From contig OY760074.1 in assembly GCA_963663035.1 (NCBI GenBank), forward strand, positions 2,048,001 to 2,112,000: a stretch of 64,000 nucleotides of DNA. The letters are read 5' to 3'. The translations under genes were made by a program, and so were the position numbers. Source of the DNA: Acidobacteriota bacterium (GTDB taxonomy: Bacteria > Acidobacteriota > UBA6911 > RPQK01 > JADFOI01). Below are positions 40,220 to 49,884 of this stretch, piece by piece. Each line of letters starts with the position of its first letter. The stretch's first letter is position 1. The notes below the pieces were generated by a model. That model was not told where the DNA came from. It was given only the letters and a program-made list of their open reading frames with translations, and searched no databases.

Positions 40220-42532
40220 ATGTTGAAAACTAATTTTCTGCACTTTCGTCACGTTGGATTGGGGCTCTTCTCATTGGCTCTGGCAATCTCCTTTGTTGGA
40301 GCATCCCAAGATCCTGAGGCTGGAGTGCTGTCGGGTCAGATCACCGATCAAACAGACCTTGCCGTCGGTGCTGTCCAAATCTGCGTCAGAGGGCTTTCAA
40401 CGGCCGTCCTGCGTGTCACTCGCTCAGGCCAGGATGGACAGTTCCGGATTCCAGACCTTCCCCCTGATTCCTACGAAGTCCGCCTCAGCGCGCCAGGATT
40501 TAACGAACACGTGGAAGTCGTGGCCTTGGGGGACAATCAAAACCGGATCTTGAACGTCCGTTTGCGAGTCTCCATGCTGCCTGAATCGATCACCGTGACC
40601 CCCTCCCGCAGCGAACAAACAGTGGGTGAGCTGGCAGCTTCCGTCAGTGTCCTCACCCAAGATGAGATCCAGAGCTCGCCAGCGCTGGTTCTGGATGATG
40701 TGCTTCGTCAGATTCCCTCTTTCAGTCTCTTCCGGCGGACCAGCAGCCTGGCGGCACACCCCACCAGTCAAGGAGTCTCGCTGCGTGGCATCGGACCCAG
40801 TGGCGTCAGCCGGACTCTGGTACTGGTGGACGGCATGCCTTTCAACGATCCCTTTGGAGGTTGGGTGTACTGGAGCCGCGTTCCCCTGTTAAGCATCGAC
40901 CGGGTTGAGATCGTGGAAGGCTCGAGTTCCAGCCTCTACGGGAACTACGCTATGGGGGGAGTGATCCACATCCTGAGCCGGAAACCGGAAAGGCGAACCC
41001 TGGCCATGGAGGGGCGCCTCGGAAATCGAGAGACGGCGAAGCTTGATTTCTTCGTCAGCGACGTGTGGGGTCCCTGGGGGTTGTCCCTGGACGGAAGCCT
41101 CTTCCACACCGACGGATACAAGATCGTTGCCCCGGGCCAACGAGGGCAGGTGGATATAGAAGCCAATTCCGAACACCGAAATTTTAATCTCAAGCTGGAT
41201 TACACCCCCTCGGCCGATTTCAATTTCTTCGTCAAAGGGAGTTACTTCACCGAGGACCGCAGCAATGGCGCCCCCTTGCAGAACAATGATACCCAGTATC
41301 GATTTCTGGGCACAGGAGTGCGCTTTCGTACCCCCGACAACAGCGAATGGCAGGCCTCCCTGTTTTCCCAATTTCAGAATTTCGGGGGCACTTTCTCTTC
41401 GATTCCGGCGGATCGAAACTCGGAACGACTGGCCCTTGGGCAGGAGGTTCCCACCTACGGATATGGTGGCTTTACCCAGTGGTCAAAGCCTCTATCCAGT
41501 TCACACTTGCTCTCGGCAGGCTTTGACTGGAGATGGACGGACGGCGAAAGCCAGGACATTGTCTATATTCGGACGCCTCCCATACCGGTGCGTTTCCGCG
41601 ACTCGGGTGGCCGGCAGCGGGCAGTGGGAGTGTTTCTGCAGGACTCTTTTACACTAATGCCCGGCTTTCAGGCCACGCTCAGCGCTCGTTTTGACCACTG
41701 GCGAAATTACGATGCTGCAAAGAAGGAGCTGGCGGTTTTCAGCGGACTGCGGACCCGAGAGGACTTTGCCGACAAGGAACTTGGTGTGGTCAGTGCACGC
41801 CTCGGGTTGTGGTATGAGCTGAAGGATGGGATCTCAGTTTGGAGCGCTGTTGGCTCCGGGTTTCGCACACCCACGCTCAATGAGCTGTATCGGCAATTTC
41901 AGGTGGGTTCCATTCTCACTCAGGCCAACCCCGATCTGGGTCCGGAACGCCTGAGAGGTGCCGAAGGTGGCCTGAACTATGCTGTGAATGAGAAGATCTT
42001 CTGGCGGGTGACCGGCTTTTGGAGTCGCGTCAAAGACCCCGTTTCAAACGTCACCATCGCGCCCAATACACGTCAGAGACAAAATTTGGGCCAAACCCGA
42101 AGCTTGGGACTTCAATGGGAGTTGGAGTACCGTCCCAGTAGAAACTGGCTCTTGGGAGGCGCCTATCTGGTGAATGATTCGACGGTGAGAAGCTTCCCCG
42201 CCAACGTCGCCATAGAGGGTAACAGGCTGGCTCAGGTGGCAAGACACCGAATCACGCTCCAGGCCTCCTATAGGGATCCCCAGACCGTGAATGTGGCGCT
42301 GATGGGAAGATTTGTGGGTGCTCAATTTGACGATGATCTCAATCTTTTTCCCCTGGGAAACTACTTTGTGGTGGACACGACGGTTTCCCGGCGCATGGGC
42401 AAAGATACTGAGGTCTTCCTGGCCGTTGAGAATCTATTTAACCGGGAATATCCGGTTCGGACCAGTCCAAGCAGTATCGGAACACCGATCCTGATACAGG
42501 GAGGTGTCCGCTTTCAAATCCTGGGGCGTTGA
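40220..42532 (+). CDS. TonB-dependent receptor
   Basis: Carboxypeptidase-regulatory-like N-domain; plug region LVLVDG...IDRVEIVEG..SSLYG..AMGGVI. Confidence 0.92.
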   Translation: MLKTNFLHFRHVGLGLFSLALAISFVGASQDPEAGVLSGQITDQTDLAVGAVQICVRGLSTAVLRVTRSGQDGQFRIPDLPPDSYEVRLSAPGFNEHVEVVALGDNQNRILNVRLRVSMLPESITVTPSRSEQTVGELAASVSVLTQDEIQSSPALVLDDVLRQIPSFSLFRRTSSLAAHPTSQGVSLRGIGPSGVSRTLVLVDGMPFNDPFGGWVYWSRVPLLSIDRVEIVEGSSSSLYGNYAMGGVIHILSRKPERRTLAMEGRLGNRETAKLDFFVSDVWGPWGLSLDGSLFHTDGYKIVAPGQRGQVDIEANSEHRNFNLKLDYTPSADFNFFVKGSYFTEDRSNGAPLQNNDTQYRFLGTGVRFRTPDNSEWQASLFSQFQNFGGTFSSIPADRNSERLALGQEVPTYGYGGFTQWSKPLSSSHLLSAGFDWRWTDGESQDIVYIRTPPIPVRFRDSGGRQRAVGVFLQDSFTLMPGFQATLSARFDHWRNYDAAKKELAVFSGLRTREDFADKELGVVSARLGLWYELKDGISVWSAVGSGFRTPTLNELYRQFQVGSILTQANPDLGPERLRGAEGGLNYAVNEKIFWRVTGFWSRVKDPVSNVTIAPNTRQRQNLGQTRSLGLQWELEYRPSRNWLLGGAYLVNDSTVRSFPANVAIEGNRLAQVARHRITLQASYRDPQTVNVALMGRFVGAQFDDDLNLFPLGNYFVVDTTVSRRMGKDTEVFLAVENLFNREYPVRTSPSSIGTPILIQGGVRFQILGR

Positions 42533-42540
42533 AATAAGGA

Positions 42541-44736
42541 CTAACGGTCCAGGGAATAGGTCCATTTCAGCAGGAGCGATCGACCCACCAATCCTGACTG
42601 TAACTCATCGACATTTCTCCCTTCATTATAAATCAAGAAGATATCGTCGCCGGGCCGATAGATATAATTGAGCCGAAATCGGAAGTTCACGAAATCATCC
42701 AGGCTGCTGTACTGGACCGTGCTGCTGGTGAGCCACTGTCGGCTGAAAGCATAGTTGGCCCGGGTATTGATCACTTGGGAAGTGAAGTCTCCAAAGGGAA
42801 GATCAACCTCCTCCAGTGCATAATCTACATCGAAGGAGAGGGCTTCACTGACTTTAATTTGCGGCCTAATCCTCAGTTCGATTCGACGTCCCTCAAAGAA
42901 GTCCCACTCATACCGGAATCGAATAATCTGCGCGCCTGCGATCCTTCGCTGAGGCGCACTATCCGCCATGAGCAAGAGGTCCCAGCCACGGTAGGTCCCG
43001 GTGGGTATGGTGATGTTGGAACGAATGTCGAAGGGCTGAAAAAGCCTTTCAAAGTTGCGGTGCAAATCGAAACTGAGTCGGTCGCCGGACTCGAAGAAAG
43101 CTTCGCCGGTGAGCATATGGTATTGCATTGTCTCCTGTTTCCCATCCTGATTCTGGGTGTAATCCAGGCGGGTTCGGATGACAAACTGGCGAATAAGATC
43201 ACTGTCGGGGCGAGGTTTGACGCCGAATTGAAGGGTTGTCTTTCGCTGGTCAGGCCGAGGTACAAAGCCAATCTCAGCATTAAAGTCCCTCTGAACATAC
43301 AACTGTTCTGCACCCATGAGAAGAGAATCACTAGACCACAGAATTCGACCGAAAGCTGACCAGTCGTCGCCGGGTAGGCCAGGAGTTTCAGTTTTCGCCA
43401 CAAAACCCTGGAGGTTGAGATTGTCGGCAAAAACGAAATTGCTGTCGATCCCAAAAACCCGGTTGTAGTCTCCGGCCAGAGACGATTGCCGATTGGTGAA
43501 GATGGCTCCAACCGAGGAGCGTTCCAGCAAATCACGCTTCACACGAAAGACGCCAAAATTATTGCTCCGGACACCCAGCTCCGAGTCGGTCTGCATTTCG
43601 ATTATGCCCAGTGAGTAAGGACCAACGCGACCGGTAAACTTGGCTCCTGCAATGATGGGAATCAGTTCCCCTCTATTGGGCCCGGCCGCAATAAGGCCAA
43701 TGCGACGACTGAAGAAGAGTTTGAAATCGCGGCTTGCATTGAGTCCAACTCCCGTGCCGAACTCGAAGATCCCAGCTCCTTCCAGAAAAAATTCACGCCT
43801 TTCCGGGAAAAACAAAGGAAAACGAGTGATGTTGGTGATCAGATCATCCACTTCAGTCTGGGCAAAGTCGGTGTTGGCTGTCATGTCCAGAGTGAGTGCC
43901 GGAGTTGGGCGGAATTTCAGCAGTTCCAGACCAATATCGGATAAGTTGTCCGTCTCGGTTCCACCGGCCGGACCCGGTGTCTGCCCGAAACCGCCTACCA
44001 CGAAAGGCTTGATCCTCCAGCGAAGACCCTGGGTGGCATTTTCCAGCCCTGACAACTGACCCGCCTGGGAAACATCTTCAAACTTGAAGTTCCGATCAAA
44101 GGTATTCCAGTATATGGCCTCGTTCTTGCGGCGAATGAGGCGTTCAATCTCCAGTCCCCACTCTCCCTCTTCGCCCATGCGCAAGGACTTGAAGGGGATC
44201 ATCAGCTCTGCCGTCCAGCCCTCTTGAGTCCTGGTAGCCGCAGACTCCCACTTTTCATCCCATGAAACATTGATATCGAGTCCTTCGTCGGTTAACAGAG
44301 CGTCAAACTGGGTCCCCAGCGAATTGGTGCGAAAGAGAAAGGCATTTCGATTATCGTGGAAGGTGTCAAGGAGCACGGCCACGCTGTCGTCTTTGGTGAG
44401 ATCCTGGTCGCGCCGTCGCTCGGTGGCGATGATTTCACCCGGCTGCAGATCATCACAGCGAATTCCAAAGTAGATAGCCTCACTCGTGTACACGATGCGG
44501 ACCACCGTATTCTCGCTGGAAATTGCCCCTTCCTGCGGGTCCTTCTGGTGAAAGTCCGAGAGTGGAGCGGCCAGAGTCCAGACCTGATCATCAAGGACTC
44601 CGTCGACCTGGGGGGCCACCTCCACGAAGTAAGCCACAGCCTGTTTCTGGACTGTCGAGTCGGTCTGAGCTTGAATGGGTAGAAGAAAACCCGAACACAG
44701 CACAACACTCAGAATCTTGGTCAGAGATCTTTGCAT
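42541..44736 (-). CDS. DUF5916 / CBM9-like outer-membrane protein
   Basis: VDGVLDD, IPFKSLR and NTDFAQTEVD...FPLFFPERREFFLE. Confidence 0.88.
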   Translation of the reverse strand: MQRSLTKILSVVLCSGFLLPIQAQTDSTVQKQAVAYFVEVAPQVDGVLDDQVWTLAAPLSDFHQKDPQEGAISSENTVVRIVYTSEAIYFGIRCDDLQPGEIIATERRRDQDLTKDDSVAVLLDTFHDNRNAFLFRTNSLGTQFDALLTDEGLDINVSWDEKWESAATRTQEGWTAELMIPFKSLRMGEEGEWGLEIERLIRRKNEAIYWNTFDRNFKFEDVSQAGQLSGLENATQGLRWRIKPFVVGGFGQTPGPAGGTETDNLSDIGLELLKFRPTPALTLDMTANTDFAQTEVDDLITNITRFPLFFPERREFFLEGAGIFEFGTGVGLNASRDFKLFFSRRIGLIAAGPNRGELIPIIAGAKFTGRVGPYSLGIIEMQTDSELGVRSNNFGVFRVKRDLLERSSVGAIFTNRQSSLAGDYNRVFGIDSNFVFADNLNLQGFVAKTETPGLPGDDWSAFGRILWSSDSLLMGAEQLYVQRDFNAEIGFVPRPDQRKTTLQFGVKPRPDSDLIRQFVIRTRLDYTQNQDGKQETMQYHMLTGEAFFESGDRLSFDLHRNFERLFQPFDIRSNITIPTGTYRGWDLLLMADSAPQRRIAGAQIIRFRYEWDFFEGRRIELRIRPQIKVSEALSFDVDYALEEVDLPFGDFTSQVINTRANYAFSRQWLTSSTVQYSSLDDFVNFRFRLNYIYRPGDDIFLIYNEGRNVDELQSGLVGRSLLLKWTYSLDR

Positions 44737-44803
44737 AGGTACCTCGGTCGAAGCACCAAGGTTAGCCAAAAACCCAATGACTGGCAAGCAAAAACCGAGG
44801 GAC

Positions 44804-44929
44804 AGGAGGCAGGAGGCAGGAGGTAGGAGGTAGGAGGTAGGAGGCAGGAGGTAGGAGGTAGGAGGCAGGAGGCAGGAGGCAGGAGGTAGGAGGTAGGAGG
44901 TAGGAGGCAGGAGGTAGGAGGTAGGAGGC
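44804..44929. repeat. Heptamer array (AGGAGGY)x18
   Basis: 18 full units; last-base pattern CCTTTCTTC repeated twice. Confidence 0.97.
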
Positions 44930-44983
44930 AGGAGAAGCGCTGACCGTTGACATGTTCTCTCGCGCGTAGCGCGCTCCTAGTTC

Positions 44984-45013
44984 TTGACCCTTTTTTGCCG
45001 ACCAGAGTATAAT
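44984..45013 (+). promoter_or_regulatory. sigma70 promoter of the aminotransferase
   Basis: TTGACC-18-TATAAT. Confidence 0.65.
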
Positions 45014-45038
45014 CCCGCTTTTTCGAGGAGGCAGGCTC

Positions 45039-46211
45039 TTGCTGGCAGACAGAATCCTTTCCGTAGAACGGTCCCCCTTTTACAGCATTATGGAACTGGC
45101 GGCGGCAAGGGAGGACTGTATTTACCTTCAGTTAGGAGAGCCGGACTTTGTCACACCCAGCCATATCCTGGACGCTGCAAAAAAGGCTCTGGATGAAGGC
45201 CATACTCACTATGGGCCCGATCGGGGCCACCCTGAACTGCGTCAGCACATTGCTGAGAAGATCCAGCGAGACTACGGAGCAGATTATCATTGGGAAGATG
45301 AGATCCTGGTGACGGCCGGGGGCCAGGCAGCCCTGCACATCGCCATTATGGCTCTGGCCAATCCCGGGGACGAGATTATTGTCCTGCTCCCCCATTACCC
45401 TCCCTATGTGGCCAACGCCCAACTGGCCGGTGCCGAGGCCGTCTTTGTCAAGTTGAAGAGCGAGGAAGGTTTTATCCCAAATGCCGCTGACATCGAAAAA
45501 GTCATCACTCCAAAAAGCAAGATTCTCATTGTGTTGACCCCCAATAATCCAACGGGAGCCGTCTATCCGGAGCAGACCCTGCGGGAAATTCTGGAGCTTG
45601 CCAAACAGCACAACATCACCTTGATCTCCGATGAAGTCTACGAACACCTGGTCTTCGATGGGGTCGAGCACAAGAGCCTCATTTCCCTTCCCGATGCCAA
45701 GGATCACGTGGTGCAGGTCAACAGTTTCTCCAAGACTTATGCGATGACGGGTTTGAGGGTCGGATACCTAGCAGCCTCAAGCGAGAAGCTGATTCACTTT
45801 TTGAAATACCATCACACGGTCAACATCTGCGCCAACGTCCCTTCACAGATAGCTTGCATCACAGCCCTGCAAGGCCCTCAGGATTGCGTGGTGGAAATGC
45901 GGCAGGCTTACCACCAAAGGCGGGATCTGGTGGTGGAAGGGCTAAGGGACATCCCGGGGATTCAGTGCGATTCTCCACAGGGGACTTTCTTTGCCTTCGC
46001 AGATATTCGAGAGCTGGGTGTTCCCTCTCTGGAGTTCGCCAAATACCTGGTGAGGGAGGCCGGAGTTGTGCTGACAAACGGTAGCGGGTTTGACTATGAG
46101 GGATTCATCCGCGTCTCCTACGCAGCCAAGCCAGAGAGGATTCGCGAAGCCATGGATCGGATGAAAAAGGCAGTGCTGGAAATGCCGAAAACGCTGACAG
46201 CTGACAACTGA
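45039..46211 (+). CDS. PLP-dependent aminotransferase class I/II
   Basis: GEPDF, PNNPTG, SDEVY and SFSKTYAMTGLRVGY. Confidence 0.93.
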   Translation: MLADRILSVERSPFYSIMELAAAREDCIYLQLGEPDFVTPSHILDAAKKALDEGHTHYGPDRGHPELRQHIAEKIQRDYGADYHWEDEILVTAGGQAALHIAIMALANPGDEIIVLLPHYPPYVANAQLAGAEAVFVKLKSEEGFIPNAADIEKVITPKSKILIVLTPNNPTGAVYPEQTLREILELAKQHNITLISDEVYEHLVFDGVEHKSLISLPDAKDHVVQVNSFSKTYAMTGLRVGYLAASSEKLIHFLKYHHTVNICANVPSQIACITALQGPQDCVVEMRQAYHQRRDLVVEGLRDIPGIQCDSPQGTFFAFADIRELGVPSLEFAKYLVREAGVVLTNGSGFDYEGFIRVSYAAKPERIREAMDRMKKAVLEMPKTLTADN

Positions 46212-46230
46212 CCGCTGACAGCTGACAGCT
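46193..46230. repeat. Heptamer array (GCTGACA), about 5 units, spanning the stop codon
   Basis: Direct reading. Confidence 0.8.
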
Positions 46231-46274
46231 CGGAAGCACGAATTCGGCACCTGAGGTGCCTCCCACGCACGATT

Positions 46275-46988
46275 TCACTGGAGGATGATTCGGGTGTCCA
46301 GGGCCAGCGCTCCTTCCCCGTTGACCAGAACAGGGTTGAGGTCAACTGCGCCCACTTCAGGATTTTCCGTTCCCAGGGCACAGACAGCCAAAATCACCTT
46401 TTTCAGCGCATCGGTGTCAGCCTTTGCCCTTCCCCGAAATCCACCGAGAAGTTGATATCCCTTGACTTCACTCAGCATCTCCTCGACCTCCTCCTCTCCT
46501 ACCGGGCACAACCTAAAGGTAACATCCTGGTAGACCTCGACAAAGACACCTCCCATTCCAAACATGACGACGGGTCCAAGCACCTCATCGCGTTTTAATC
46601 CAACAATAGTCTCCACTCCTTCACCGGCCATTTTTGCAACCACCTGTCCTTTGATCTGGGCCTCTGGCTTATTCTTCTTTACCCTCTCCACAATTCCGTC
46701 ATAGGCTTGAACCAATTGGTCTTTTGTGGCGATCCCAACTCGGACACCCTCCACTTCCGATTTGTGTATGACCTGGGGTGATACCACCTTCATGACCACG
46801 GGATAACCCAGTCTCTCGGCGATGGAGAGAGCCGCCTCCTTGTCTGAAGCAAAGCCGCCTTCAGGCAAGGGCAGCCGGTAGCTCCGACACACCTCGGCTG
46901 CCTCATTTTCCAACAGGAAATTCCGCTTTTCGTTCTGGGCAGCTTGGTAGTACTTCAAGAAAGTTTCTCTGCCAGTCATCTTTTCCAC
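46275..46988 (-). CDS. ADP-forming acyl-CoA synthetase beta (ATP-grasp) subunit
   Basis: GYPVVMK, HKSEVEGV, GMGGVFVE and DLNPV. Confidence 0.9.
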   Translation of the reverse strand: MEKMTGRETFLKYYQAAQNEKRNFLLENEAAEVCRSYRLPLPEGGFASDKEAALSIAERLGYPVVMKVVSPQVIHKSEVEGVRVGIATKDQLVQAYDGIVERVKKNKPEAQIKGQVVAKMAGEGVETIVGLKRDEVLGPVVMFGMGGVFVEVYQDVTFRLCPVGEEEVEEMLSEVKGYQLLGGFRGRAKADTDALKKVILAVCALGTENPEVGAVDLNPVLVNGEGALALDTRIILQ

Positions 46989-47012
46989 ATTTCCCCGCTA
47001 TAATACCCATTT

Positions 47013-47717
47013 ATGAGTGCAGACACGAGCAGCGTTACTTTAACCTTTAATCTCCTCTCCTCGGCCGGGTCGCAGACCGCCCAGTTTTCCATCAGCGAGA
47101 CCGTCATCGCAGGATGGACGGGTCGGGACTCAGAGGCCGTCGAGAAGCACATTCGTGAGCTGGAAAAACTGGGAATACAGCGTCCGGCCTCGACGCCGAT
47201 CTTCTACCGGGTCGCCGCTGTCCGCCTGACCACCGCCGGAGAGATTCAAGTGGTGGGTGAAAGATCCAGCGGTGAGGTGGAGGTCGTCCTTCTACAGCAA
47301 GATGGGCAACTCTGGGTGGGGGTCGGATCCGATCACACTGACCGCGAAGTCGAGACCTATGGAGTCACGGTTTCGAAGCAGGTCTGTGACAAGCCCGTGG
47401 CCCCCGACCTCTGGCCCTACGCTGAGGTGGAGAAGCACTGGGACCAGCTGGCTCTCCGCTCATACGCTCTTGTGGGAGACAAAAAGGAGCTGTATCAGGA
47501 GGGGACGGTCGCCTCCTTACTTCCACCGAGTGATCTCATGGCACGCTACACCGAAGGCGAGAGTCTTTCGGACGGCACCCTGATGTTCGGTGGAACCCTG
47601 ACCACCCTGGGTGAAGTGCAGCCCTCCCGGAGGTTTGAGTTCGAATTGGAAGACCCGGTCCTCCAGCGACGGATCACCCACGGCTACGATGTCCTGACCC
47701 TTCCCATTTTGGGCTAA
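47013..47717 (+). CDS. DUF2848 family protein
   Basis: IAGWTGRD, HIREL, SSGEVE, SDHTDR and SKQVCDKP. Confidence 0.85.
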   Translation: MSADTSSVTLTFNLLSSAGSQTAQFSISETVIAGWTGRDSEAVEKHIRELEKLGIQRPASTPIFYRVAAVRLTTAGEIQVVGERSSGEVEVVLLQQDGQLWVGVGSDHTDREVETYGVTVSKQVCDKPVAPDLWPYAEVEKHWDQLALRSYALVGDKKELYQEGTVASLLPPSDLMARYTEGESLSDGTLMFGGTLTTLGEVQPSRRFEFELEDPVLQRRITHGYDVLTLPILG

Positions 47718-47718
47718 G

Positions 47719-47909
47719 CCCGCATTATGCATAGGTTTTCGTAGCGAAGTGGCGCAAGCGCCGCGATGACAAGGCGTGCGACCCGCAAGCGGGTACCCCA
47801 AGCGCCCCGCAGGCGTACTCGTGCAGTACGCCGAGGAGCGCAAGGCAGCACAACGCCGGCAGCGCGGATGATTGCGACGCTGTAGCAGAAAATTTATGCG
47901 TAATGCGGG
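47719..47909. mobile_element. IS1380-like MITE copy 3
   Basis: Ends CCCGCATTATGCATA / TATGCGTAATGCGGG; the duplicated CTAAG carries the stops of both convergent genes. Confidence 0.9.
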
Positions 47910-48290
47910 CTAAGGGGGATCGTAGTAGTGGGTCTCGAGGAGGAGACAGCCATCCACCGACTTGAAGGGACCATGGAAGGCCCCCGGGGGTCGGCACGCG
48001 TAAGTCCCGGGGGGGAAGGACTCCCCCCCTTCCCCCTGCTCGTCATTGCCCACAATCAATTCTCCGGAGAGGAGATAGACCTCCTCCCAATACTCGTGAA
48101 CGAAAGGCGCTGTTGTGAAGACACCAGGATGGAAACGTAGAAGCCGGGTCCGACTGCCACATTTGTTCTCCTCATCGAGATGACCCGAGAGAATCTTCTG
48201 CTGGATACCACTTGGATACCCCAGCGGCACCTCCCATCCCTCCTCCATGTTCACAGTGTGGAACTCCAGATGCTCCCTCTCGATAGCCAT
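47910..48290 (-). CDS. ChrR-like cupin protein
   Basis: HEYWEEVY and YACRPPGAFHGPF. Confidence 0.85.
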   Translation of the reverse strand: MAIEREHLEFHTVNMEEGWEVPLGYPSGIQQKILSGHLDEENKCGSRTRLLRFHPGVFTTAPFVHEYWEEVYLLSGELIVGNDEQGEGGESFPPGTYACRPPGAFHGPFKSVDGCLLLETHYYDPP

Positions 48291-48334
48291 GCTTGCAAAT
48301 ACCTCCTCGAAAAAAAACGATCACCGATGACCTA

Positions 48335-49825
48335 TTAAAAGATCTCGGACCACTCGCGGGCAACCTTCTTCTTCACCTTCGGGTTGGACTCGACCACCTG
48401 CGGAAATTCATTCCGAAGCAGTTTTCCATACGGCTTGGTGGCGAAGATGATCCCTCGACTGCCAGTGTACTCCAGCATATCTTTGGATGGATCCTGCTCT
48501 GCAAGAGGATCAACCGGACTCCCTATGGTCTCTTTGATGATATCGATTCCTGTCGCCGGGTCGCTGCGCGAACACATGGCCCAGATCACATCGTCCAGGT
48601 TGGTTGGGTCTATGTCATCGTCGACCACCACCACGTATCTTCCTGCTACGGCTCCCGGCCTGCACTGACATGCGATATACCCGGCCATGCGATCATGCCC
48701 GGCAAACATCTGTTTGATCGAGATTACGGTGAACGCCCGGGAATATCCAGCCTCGTGGCACCATACACCCTGCACCTCTTGAACACCGGCCTGCTCCAGG
48801 ATGTCCCAGATCAGGGCTGCCCTGACCGGGCACCTGAAGTAGCTGTAGTCATGAGGAGGACGACCCGCGCAAGTGCCCAGCAGGATCGGATTGTTCCGAT
48901 AATAGACGGCCTCAACTTTGACCGTGGGACAGTCTTTGACGGTTCCCATGGAGTAGTAGCCCATGAACTCTCCCAAGGGCCCCTCTGGCCTGGGTTCGTT
49001 CACGATGTATCCCTCGATGGCGACTTCACTGTCAGCCGGAATGGGAAGGCCGGTAACGGGCCCTTGGATCACCTCGTAAGCCTGTCGACTCACAGCCCCT
49101 GCATAAGCCAACTCGGACACGCCCTGAGGAGCTTCAATTCCGGCAAACATCAGTGCCAGCGGGTGGTGGCCAAAAGAAACAGCGACCGGGCAGGGCTTTC
49201 CTGCATCCCAGTACTTCTTGACCATGAACCTGGCATGCCGCACCGCTTCAAACAGGATGGACAGGGTGTTCTCGTCCTGCAGCATCATGCGATAGGCCCC
49301 CACGTTCACCCAACCTGTGTCCGGATCGCGGGTCATCACGGCATCGGCGGTTCCGATGTAGCGGCCGCCGTCATGCTCAAAGTACTTGGGCGCGGGGAAC
49401 TTGAACATATCCACGTCCTTTGACATGTTTTCGAGAAAGGGAGCATCCTCTACAGTTCTGGGCGAATAGTCATCGATGTTCCCACCGGCTGACCGCATTC
49501 GATCTCTGAGGACCTTGACCAGTTCCAGGTCACTGAGCGTGGAAGGCAGACCGAGTGTAAGCGCCACTCTCTGCGAGTCCAGCAGTGCGCCGGTAAGTAT
49601 CCGAAATCCATCCGGATATCCCTTTATCTTGTCGAACAGGAGGCTATACTTGTTTTTCTTGACGTTGGTGTCTGTGATGGCGCCAATCTCCTGGTCCCAG
49701 TCGGCACCATTCACCTTTCTGAGAAGGCCCAAGGCCTCCACCTCATCGATCCAGAGACGAAAGTCTCTCCTCAGGCTTTCACCTTCCCTGACAAGTTTCT
49801 CATCCTGATCTTTCACCTTACCCAT
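48335..49825 (-). CDS. UbiD-family prFMN-dependent decarboxylase
   Basis: DGGRYIGT, NVGAYR, EGPLGEFMGY and VDDDIDP. Confidence 0.92.
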   Translation of the reverse strand: MGKVKDQDEKLVREGESLRRDFRLWIDEVEALGLLRKVNGADWDQEIGAITDTNVKKNKYSLLFDKIKGYPDGFRILTGALLDSQRVALTLGLPSTLSDLELVKVLRDRMRSAGGNIDDYSPRTVEDAPFLENMSKDVDMFKFPAPKYFEHDGGRYIGTADAVMTRDPDTGWVNVGAYRMMLQDENTLSILFEAVRHARFMVKKYWDAGKPCPVAVSFGHHPLALMFAGIEAPQGVSELAYAGAVSRQAYEVIQGPVTGLPIPADSEVAIEGYIVNEPRPEGPLGEFMGYYSMGTVKDCPTVKVEAVYYRNNPILLGTCAGRPPHDYSYFRCPVRAALIWDILEQAGVQEVQGVWCHEAGYSRAFTVISIKQMFAGHDRMAGYIACQCRPGAVAGRYVVVVDDDIDPTNLDDVIWAMCSRSDPATGIDIIKETIGSPVDPLAEQDPSKDMLEYTGSRGIIFATKPYGKLLRNEFPQVVESNPKVKKKVAREWSEIF

Positions 49826-49884
49826 ATAGGATCTCCTCCACCTGATCTGAGTCCGTCTGAAGGTATCGAATCACCCGGCGGAGG

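Noticed and set aside
44762-44953. Small ORFs made of LLPPASY or SVVSCQL repeats (also 36365-36702)
   Set aside because: They are translations of the heptamer arrays, with no evidence of coding.
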